From Dehalococcoidia bacterium (lineage in GTDB: Bacteria > Chloroflexota > Dehalococcoidia > Lucifugimonadales > CAYTFF01): DNA of 64,000 nt. A program made the translations under genes and the position numbers. The DNA is taken from contig OZ252215.1 of the NCBI GenBank assembly GCA_965249025.1, forward strand, positions 1,807,045-1,871,044, written 5' to 3'. The notes under the pieces are model-generated. The model was not told the DNA's origin. It saw nothing but the letters and a program-made list of their open reading frames with translations, and searched no databases. Below are positions 57,529-64,000 of the stretch, piece after piece. Within the stretch, counting starts at the first letter, position 1, and each line of letters begins with the position of its first letter.

Positions 57529-60387
57529 TCAAATCGGCAACTCCGGACTCTTGGAGCCATGAATAGACGGGTCACTGGCCAGTAGCTGGCGCAGCCGGGC
57601 TACTGATGTCACGGCGTCTTCACCGAGGCCCAGCAGGTCTCTAACTATGCGCTCATCCAACTCGATACGCACGGGATCGACTGCGCACTGATGGAAGGAC
57701 AGGAACTTCCGGTCATTAAAGTCTTGCCAGATTGCTAGGGCCTCGTCGAGTTGCCAAGCTTCGAGCTTCCGCACGTCAAGTCCGACGAGTTCCTCCAGCA
57801 TCGCCCTGTTGCCTGTACCCCTACCTGCTTGCGCCCTATTGGAGTGATTAGCGTGTAGCAGCATTCCAAGAGTGGAGTTGCACCAAAGAGCCAAAGCGAT
57901 TTCTCGGCGAGACCTGACCATGGGGTTAGTCTCTTGCACAACCAGGGTGAACCATGCTCGCACTCCCAGCGCTCGGACGTTAGTGCACGTTGTCATTATT
58001 CGCTGCGAGTTGTATCTAACATCCCCTGTAAAGTGGAGCGCGCCTGCCTGCGACCAAATTGGCTGATAGTCAATGCCGGGCTTGGGGATAAGCCAAGCGT
58101 TAGGTTCCGCAACCATACTCTGATGAACTGACGCCGATTGTCCCCAAATTGCAGGCAGTTGGGCTTGCTCATTGTATCCGTGATAAGCCTCGAAGGCCCC
58201 ATGTGAGCCACGAATGCTTCGATGTTCTGGTCCCACGTTGCAGATTTCGGCCATGTCGGCGACCGGGAAATGACCGACAAGCTGAACTCCATCATCGGCC
58301 CACAACTCGCCCCGCTCGACAGCTACGGCGAACTGACCCGTTAAGACTCGCTTCCACCGGGCAGCTGTCCAAGGTCCCTCTCCTACAGGGCCGTCCACGA
58401 CCTCGCCCCACTGCTCTCCACCGATGATCAACGGATTGCCCCCTACCGGCGGCCCATCGGACTGGAGCAGAGGCATTGAGGCCGCCGCGTTCACAGCCCG
58501 GACCAGAGCCAAGGCGTCCGTCTCCTGGTAAGGCGCACGCCAGAGGTTGACGAATCTCCCACGCCCGGACGGGTGCTCACCCTCCCTAAGCCGACGGGCG
58601 ACAAGCAGCGCCTCGGCTATGGCTGTGTCGTAGGACATCGATAGAAGCGCAGGGTCGTGGGATGAGACCACGAACTCGATTTCATACTTGGAGGACAGCA
58701 TCCGGCGGACCTCACGCCAAGACTCGCCGAATAATGCTGTTACCGGCAACACCAGTGCGATCCGTCCTCCGGGAGTTACCAGACGATCAGCCAGGACAGT
58801 AAATGATGAAGCGTGTCCGGCAACCTTGTTTGCTGGGGTGCCTTGGAGTAGGCTAGATATGTGATCCACCATAGATATCAGCGAGTCCGCATTGTCGGCC
58901 GGTAAAGAGAACACGCTTGCCAACGAAGAACGGTCCTTGCCTCCGTCATTTCCACTTCTAGTGTACGGGGGATTACTTATGACTAGATCGGCCATCGGAC
59001 GCTGGACGATGCCTCCGGTACCGCTTGCCGCCCCTATCTGTTCTTCTGTCGTGGAGAAGAAAGATTGGGTTTCGGGAGCCTCTAGCCAGTCCAGAGACCC
59101 GAAATGAGCGTGGCCTGATGAGTCCATGCCATATTGAAGGGTGTGGAGCTGCATCTGCTCGAATCTCACCGAGGGAGACATCGCCGCGAGAGTTGCCGCG
59201 GTCAGGTGGATAGCAGCCTGCACTACGTCAGCCCCGGTAATGACCCTCTCCACCAGAGCCTGATGAAGAAACGGGTCATCGGAATAGTCGGGAGTCGCAG
59301 CCGAGTGGTTCTGGACTATCTGCCGGTACGCAGCCATGAGCAGGGTCCCTGTCCCGCAGGCTGGGTCAACCACGCGCAGTTGGGAGATTCCCTCGGCGCT
59401 GCTCCAATCAACGTGGGACCATCTGGCTGGGTGCAGAGCCAGCCCCGCAAGGAGAGTGGACGCGGGGATGCTCGTATAGAAGGCAGCCAGCAGCTTCCGC
59501 TCCGAAATCAGCCGGTTGAAAATCCTCCCAGCCAGGTCGTGGCGTCCAACGGCTCCCATGCCCAGCAGCGCAGCGGCAGTCCTGGCGCACTCGCCCAGTA
59601 CCTCCGCCGCTTCAACTTCGGAAAGCTCCTGCACTACGTCCCGAGCCATGCTGAATATGGGGTAGTAGTCGATGCTAAGGATGTGCTCCCATACCTGCAG
59701 CAGCGTCATGCGTGAGAAGCGTCCGTCTCGCATCGCTACACTCACCGGCTGGAATGCCACCTCATTGCTGGCCAGCCTCTCTTGGAAGACCATAGCGTTG
59801 ATAATGACCAGCGCGGCCATGTTAGCTGCTTCGTCGCCGGGATCTGCGCCGAAGATCTTTGAGACCCGGCCCAACGTACCGGGGGAGGAGTAGAGCCAGG
59901 AACCGGCGCGCCTGGCCCCCTCGTCAAGGGCGTCAACCGCTTCATCGAGGTCGCCAGCTGGCGGGCTTGTCCGCTCGACAGCATTCCCGAGTTCCATTGC
60001 AGTCCCACTGAGCTTGGGGCCGGAAGTGCCGTCTATGCGCCATTCCTGCCACACCAGCGTCGCGCCTGCCATACGCGCGTACAGGTGCTGCTGGCCCGTC
60101 GAGCGCAGCCCTACAGGAACCGTGACGGCGAAGACGTTCTGAACCTTATGACCGTCTATCTCCATACCAAGTCGGGAGAGGGCGTCCGCTTCCACGGTCA
60201 AGGCAGGTTCAAGCTCGGTTTCCAGAATCACAGGGCCTTCGGGTTGACGGACGATGATGTCTGGACGCCTGCCATCGTGCAGCGTCTCAGCGACCGCGGA
60301 CAGACTGCACCGTTCCCGAAGGAACCGGGCCAGCGTGTCGTTGATGATGCTTTCGTGGCTGCGGTCTTTGCGATTAGCGATTGTCAT
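57529..60387 (-). CDS. Large fused restriction-endonuclease-like / gamma-class N6-adenine DNA methyltransferase protein (Type IIG/IIL-like)
   Basis: 952 aa. N-terminal ..RRPDIIVRQPEGPVILETELE.. (PD..ExK-like, Lys replaced), motif I VVDPACGTGTLL, motif IV VISNPPYTRS. The C-terminal ~400 aa are TRD-like (..ALWCNSTLGMLLH..). Confidence 0.7.
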   Translation of the reverse strand: MTIANRKDRSHESIINDTLARFLRERCSLSAVAETLHDGRRPDIIVRQPEGPVILETELEPALTVEADALSRLGMEIDGHKVQNVFAVTVPVGLRSTGQQHLYARMAGATLVWQEWRIDGTSGPKLSGTAMELGNAVERTSPPAGDLDEAVDALDEGARRAGSWLYSSPGTLGRVSKIFGADPGDEAANMAALVIINAMVFQERLASNEVAFQPVSVAMRDGRFSRMTLLQVWEHILSIDYYPIFSMARDVVQELSEVEAAEVLGECARTAAALLGMGAVGRHDLAGRIFNRLISERKLLAAFYTSIPASTLLAGLALHPARWSHVDWSSAEGISQLRVVDPACGTGTLLMAAYRQIVQNHSAATPDYSDDPFLHQALVERVITGADVVQAAIHLTAATLAAMSPSVRFEQMQLHTLQYGMDSSGHAHFGSLDWLEAPETQSFFSTTEEQIGAASGTGGIVQRPMADLVISNPPYTRSGNDGGKDRSSLASVFSLPADNADSLISMVDHISSLLQGTPANKVAGHASSFTVLADRLVTPGGRIALVLPVTALFGESWREVRRMLSSKYEIEFVVSSHDPALLSMSYDTAIAEALLVARRLREGEHPSGRGRFVNLWRAPYQETDALALVRAVNAAASMPLLQSDGPPVGGNPLIIGGEQWGEVVDGPVGEGPWTAARWKRVLTGQFAVAVERGELWADDGVQLVGHFPVADMAEICNVGPEHRSIRGSHGAFEAYHGYNEQAQLPAIWGQSASVHQSMVAEPNAWLIPKPGIDYQPIWSQAGALHFTGDVRYNSQRIMTTCTNVRALGVRAWFTLVVQETNPMVRSRREIALALWCNSTLGMLLHANHSNRAQAGRGTGNRAMLEELVGLDVRKLEAWQLDEALAIWQDFNDRKFLSFHQCAVDPVRIELDERIVRDLLGLGEDAVTSVARLRQLLASDPSIHGSKSPELPI

Positions 60388-60546
60388 GCCAAAAGTGAAT
60401 CACCTGGGTTAATCTATGACGCCCTAGGGTCTTCGTTCTCTATTGCTGCCTTTGCTCAACAGCTGATCGCTTCGTCTGCGTACCCAGAGAACCGATACCG
60501 TCCGTCCCCTGACTAGTGGTACTCTGGGACGGATGGCTTCAACTTC

Positions 60547-60843
60547 CTACGATGTTGGCTGCGGCTGGTAGCGTTCGACCCGTATCAGGTCTTCGCCCTT
60601 GCGCGCTTGCGCTAGGTCGTAGGAAGTCTGCCTGCGCAGCCAGAAATCCGCGCTGGACCACCCAGCCTTTTCAAGGCGAATGGCCATGTCGGGCGAGATT
60701 GCGGCGTGGCCATTCAATACCCGCGAAAGGGTGTGGCGGGCAACGTCCAGAACCTCCGCTGCCTCGGTGACACTTAGACCAAGGGGCTCCAGGCAGTTTT
60801 CCCTGATGCCTCGGCCCGGATGGGGTGGATTCTTCATAGCCAT
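60547..60843 (-). CDS. higA: HigA-family antitoxin (XRE HTH)
   Basis: 98 aa; ..[40 protein letters not shown].. Confidence 0.85.
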   Translation of the reverse strand: MAMKNPPHPGRGIRENCLEPLGLSVTEAAEVLDVARHTLSRVLNGHAAISPDMAIRLEKAGWSSADFWLRRQTSYDLAQARKGEDLIRVERYQPQPTS

Positions 60844-60859
60844 CGTCTTTTCCCTCTCG

Positions 60860-61138
60860 CTAGTGATAGTCGACTAGATCAACGTCATACACGTCGCCAT
60901 CTTCGAATCGGAAGGTGATCCGCCAGTTGCCCGATATCGAAATGCTCCACGAACCTCTCCGGTCACCCCTGAGGGGATGCAGTCTGTACCCCGGCAAATC
61001 AAGGTCGCTCGGCTTGCTGGCGACATCGAGGTCCGCCAGGGCGAGAGTAATCCGATCCAGTTGGTCGGCACCTATCCTGCTGGGATCGCCTCGCTCATAG
61101 AGCCGCCTCAGTCCTCGATGGCGAAAGGACTGGATCAT
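60860..61138 (-). CDS. higB: HigB-like RelE/ParE-superfamily toxin (plasmid maintenance system killer)
   Basis: 92 aa; [58 protein letters not shown]. Confidence 0.85.
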   Translation of the reverse strand: MIQSFRHRGLRRLYERGDPSRIGADQLDRITLALADLDVASKPSDLDLPGYRLHPLRGDRRGSWSISISGNWRITFRFEDGDVYDVDLVDYH

Positions 61139-61144
61139 GGAAAG

Positions 61145-61173
61145 ATTATACCGTGTTCCGGTACACCTATCAA
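61145..61173 (-). promoter_or_regulatory. higBA promoter (near-consensus) with embedded inverted repeat; predicts a leaderless mRNA
   Basis: On the minus strand: TTGATA (61173-61168), 17-nt spacer containing TACCG-n5-CGGTA, TATAAT (61150-61145), then 6 nt to ATG 61138. Confidence 0.5.
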
Positions 61174-61389
61174 CAGCTTCATCGCTGCTCCAAACTCTTC
61201 GACACCCCTTTGTGTGTCCTCTTCAGGGCTCCCACCAGTATGACGTCGGTGCCGCTTCCTGTGACGAACACAGGAGACAGCGGGTCTCCTGTGTTCGACT
61301 TATAGAAGGCCCTTACCGCGCACTCCTCGTATCTGGTGGACCCCGGGTCGGGGAGCTCCGCCATCGTTCTGCTAGGACAAGTGGGACGG

Positions 61390-61815
61390 GAAGGATCCGG
61401 GTCGTCGACTTTCCCGGAGGTCCAGCCTGGGGACCTGCACCTGGTGGGCATCAGGCACATCCTGGCAGCACCCTTCCACCCTCAGACCAATGGCAAGCTG
61501 GAGCGCTATCACCAGACTATCAAGCAGGACGTTAACCAGGTCCCCTACGAGGTGCCGTCCGACCTCGAGGAGGCAATCGCCGCTTTTGTGGGCTACTACA
61601 ACCACAAGCGCTATCACATGGCCCTGGGCAACGTCACGCCTGCTGACGTGCTCAACGGGAGGCGGGAGCAGATCCTACAACGGAGGAAGGAGGTGCAGGT
61701 CCAGACGATCGAACGGAGAAGACGCTATAACAGGACCCTCAAGGAGCTCGCCCGACACTCCTCATAACAATAACCTTCTCGGGTCTCAAAGTGTCCCACT
61801 TTTGCTGATTGACAA
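61390..61815 (+). mobile_element. 5'-truncated DDE (rve-type) transposase fragment with probable terminal inverted repeat
   Basis: ..HLVGIRHILAAPFHPQTNGKLERYHQTIK..YYNHKRYHMALGNVTPADV.. to stop 61767. The N-terminal two thirds are absent. The ..AAAGTGTCCCACTTTTGCTGATTGACA end is about 45 nt after the stop. Confidence 0.7.
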
Positions 61816-61993
61816 CACATGTGGGCCAGCTGCTTTATCTTGATGAACTCAGGATGCTCTTGGAGCGCACGCTGGGGCCTTCACTCCCACCACCGACGGT
61901 GGCTCCGGCTCAGGCGGAGCAATGAAAGATTGCGATTCCCCAAATACCCTGTGATAAATGGGAGCCTGGTCAAGGTCCTTGGTAAGTAACTAA

Positions 61994-62161
61994 CTAGCCT
62001 CGAACAGCGTCCCCTGATCTGATCTTGCCACCGCACGCGCATCGACCTGAGAAGAAACCAGTCTTGATGCAACAGTTGCAGTACAGACCCTTACATCTGG
62101 GACATCTCCAGACCACGCAGCTTCCCGTTGAATGACTGCAATTCTGGCACGAAAACGCCAT
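61994..62161 (-). CDS. Cys-rich zinc-ribbon mini-protein (55 aa), not in the ORF track as such
   Basis: GGAGGG sits 6 nt before ATG 62161. MAFSCQNCSHSTGSCVVWRCPRCKGLYCNCCIKTGFFSGRCACGGKIRSGDAVRG*, with 11 Cys. Confidence 0.55.
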   Translation of the reverse strand: MAFSCQNCSHSTGSCVVWRCPRCKGLYCNCCIKTGFFSGRCACGGKIRSGDAVRG

Positions 62162-62365
62162 AACTTGCCCTCCGATACTGTCAGAGTACAAAACACCTAG
62201 GCGAATACTAGCACAGCGATTCAATCCACTCCAAGTGAGTCTGATTGTCCTCCCACTCCGCACAATAGTGCCGGAATACCTGCTCGGCATCTGAATGACT
62301 GCCCTGGTCTCAGATGTGAACAGACCTAGTTGGAAATGGCGCCAACAGTACAGTTCGGTCGATCT

Positions 62366-63385
62366 TCACCAGACCGCCGTCAATATAGTGGCAGCCAAAG
62401 AACTGATCGCTCCAGCAACAAGGGAGCTGAGAAACCCGCTTCTAGCAATCGCGCCTGCCAGACCTGAAGCTCCAGTCCCTGCGGCCGTGCCTGCCAGAAC
62501 GCCCAGAACCACTGCTATACTTCGAGGCACACCGGAGCCAGTGACTCCAAAGACGATCTCATATCCGACCATCCCACCCACGATAGCTCCGCATAGCCCG
62601 AACACCGCAACCCGGGATCCGTACCAAGTTCGATAGTCACGAACCATCCGGACGATAAGCCAGCTGACAGCCGCCACTATCATGCCAATACCCAGGCCGC
62701 CGAGCACATTTGCCTGAGGCGGTATCCGGCCTACGGCCGTCGGTCCTGAAAAGGCGTCGACCCTTTCCACCTCCCACGGAGCATTGCAGGCCCAGGAGAG
62801 GCTGAGACCTGGCCTGAAAGGAATTCGAGGGAGCCTTTCCAGTTGTGAGTTGATCATGTTCAATGAGTCTGAGGTTAGAGGTTCGAACTGCCCGCTGCCG
62901 AGCTTCTCGCCTACAGGTTCCTGCGACGGCTTGAATGCATGCGTTCCGGATACAACTTCGAAATGAGCGTTCGAGGTCGATCGAGCGCGGTAGTGTCCCG
63001 CATCATATATATAGGCTCTTGCCCGCGACTCTTTATCGACTCTTACGATTATGGGTTCATAGTCCCAACGATGGCCCGGGTATCCTAGAGCCCGGCTGAC
63101 TAAGGGTGAATCGCTGAAGGACCAGACGTAAACGTAGGTGAAATAGGTTGCTTCACGGTTTTCACTCTGGCAATACAACACTTTCGGGATCCCGGTATTC
63201 TTCTCCAAGTCCTCGGGTGGGAGCCGGAGCAATGGTTGTTCGGTGACTATTTCGCCGGGCACTCCCAGGGCCATGCTATAATGTGCCGGCGATGCCGGCA
63301 CATTACCCCAGCCCACGGATGCTACCAAGAGTATGGCGGCGCCTATCAAAAATAATGTGGACGATATTCTCTCTGGAGTTGACAT
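62366..63385 (-). CDS. Membrane protein: N-terminal TM, central domain with a GHRWDYE motif (NPP1/Vps62-like?), Gly-rich C-terminal TM bundle
   Basis: The track ORF (to 63967) runs antisense through the IS3 orfA, so it is trimmed to ATG 63385 (alternative 63433). ..YFTYVYVWSFSD..GYPGHRWDYEPIIVRVD..; C-terminal glycine-zipper-like TMs. Confidence 0.5.
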   Translation of the reverse strand: MSTPERISSTLFLIGAAILLVASVGWGNVPASPAHYSMALGVPGEIVTEQPLLRLPPEDLEKNTGIPKVLYCQSENREATYFTYVYVWSFSDSPLVSRALGYPGHRWDYEPIIVRVDKESRARAYIYDAGHYRARSTSNAHFEVVSGTHAFKPSQEPVGEKLGSGQFEPLTSDSLNMINSQLERLPRIPFRPGLSLSWACNAPWEVERVDAFSGPTAVGRIPPQANVLGGLGIGMIVAAVSWLIVRMVRDYRTWYGSRVAVFGLCGAIVGGMVGYEIVFGVTGSGVPRSIAVVLGVLAGTAAGTGASGLAGAIARSGFLSSLVAGAISSLAATILTAVW

Positions 63386-63545
63386 TGTAGATTCTACTAT
63401 TCGCAATAGGCGCCCAATGTGAGTCTCTCCCATTATAGGTGGCCCAAAGACCTGCTCCTCAGTATAGACCAAAGCAACAGGCTGAGGTAGGATGGAAAGA
63501 ATGGACACCAAAGTCGGAGTAAGATAATGCGACGGAGGTGTCAGA

Positions 63546-64000
63546 ATGAAAGGGGTCCCGCAAGGAAGGTACACCAGGGAATTCCGGCAGGAAGCAGCCC
63601 GCCGGTTGTCCTTGCCGCCATCGACATTAGGGTACTGGGTGAAGGCATATAGGGCTGGCAAACTGGGAGATGTCGGTAAGACGTACAGGCCATTGACCGA
63701 AGTAGAGATGGATCTTGCCCGGACGAAGAAGGAATTGGCGGAAGTGAAGATGGAGCGGGACATATTAAAAAAAGCAGCCGCGTACTTTGCCAGGGAGTCG
63801 CTGCCCGGTACGCGATGATGAAAGAACTGCGGTTCGACTACCCCAAATGTGTCTTGGGCCGGTTGTTGAACGTATCGGCCAGTGGCTACTACGCCTGGGT
63901 GGATCGACCACCGTCCAGGCGAGCACAGGAGGAAGTGCGCCTGGAGCTGGAGATCAGGGCAGCCCACAAGCGGACTAGGCAGACCTATGGCCCTGAACGG
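63546..64000 (+). mobile_element. IS3-family element, orfA plus start of orfB; continues beyond the window
   Basis: orfA ..RYTREFRQEAARR..YWVKAYR..MERDILKKAAAYFA.. -1 frame orfB ..MMKELRFDYPKCVLGRLLNVSASGYYAW..RQTYGPER. A7 slippery run present. Confidence 0.8.
63767..63773 (+). promoter_or_regulatory. Programmed -1 ribosomal frameshift site of the IS3 element
   Basis: A AAA AAA heptamer in the correct phase (TTA AAA AAA GCA). orfB is open in the -1 frame from here. Confidence 0.65.

Noticed and set aside
63386-63967. N-terminal ~190 residues of the 533-aa minus-strand ORF.
   Set aside because: This part is antisense to the IS3 orfA/orfB sequence and has an implausible composition. The TM/NPP1-like protein plausibly starts at ATG 63385 or 63433.
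1-64000. Search by eye for tRNA/rRNA/tmRNA signatures (for example GGTTCGAATCC T-loops in intergenic DNA), CRISPR-like spaced repeats, T-box or other riboswitch cores upstream of aspS and bioY, and reverse-transcriptase/DGR or retron features.
   Set aside because: None were recognised. The only GGTTCGAA match (about 62878) lies inside a coding region without tRNA-like flanks. A covariance-model scan (tRNAscan-SE, Infernal/Rfam) would be needed to exclude small RNAs.

Overview
The window is a three-part mosaic, with composition and gene content compatible with a Chloroflexota-like genome (inference only).

(1) 1-19.5 kb is a catabolic or accessory block. It is rich in luciferase-like (LLM) flavin/F420 oxidoreductases, with five copies here and a sixth at 45.5 kb. 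It also holds MmgE/PrpD, an isocitrate/isopropylmalate-dehydrogenase-family enzyme, an isochorismatase-family hydrolase, a lone molybdo-hydroxylase large subunit, a TPP enzyme, FabI, a VapBC pair and a low-GC orphan insertion.

(2) 20-37.4 kb is a housekeeping core: asnC-family regulator, bioY, aspS, tig, clpP, clpX, xseB, xseA, efp, aroQ, xerC, topA, dprA.

(3) 37.7-64 kb is increasingly accessory:
- A zinc-ribbon RDD / DUF2339 / DUF3999 membrane module.
- A UGSC-type candidate selenoprotein that the ORF track splits at an in-frame TGA, which is followed by a hairpin.
- An unknown, translationally coupled two-gene cassette beside a truncated Mo-enzyme gene.
- From about 51.8 kb, a visibly GC-richer island full of truncated genes. 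It contains an in-frame otsA::serine-recombinase chimera, a large fused nuclease-like/N6-adenine-methyltransferase protein, HigBA and IS fragments.

The best candidate is in that island: an unannotated 56-codon peptide gene with a microviridin-like PFLARF leader, directly upstream of an MvdD-like ATP-grasp ligase. This looks like a graspetide RiPP cluster with a non-canonical core. I did not recognise any rRNA, tRNA or CRISPR array.
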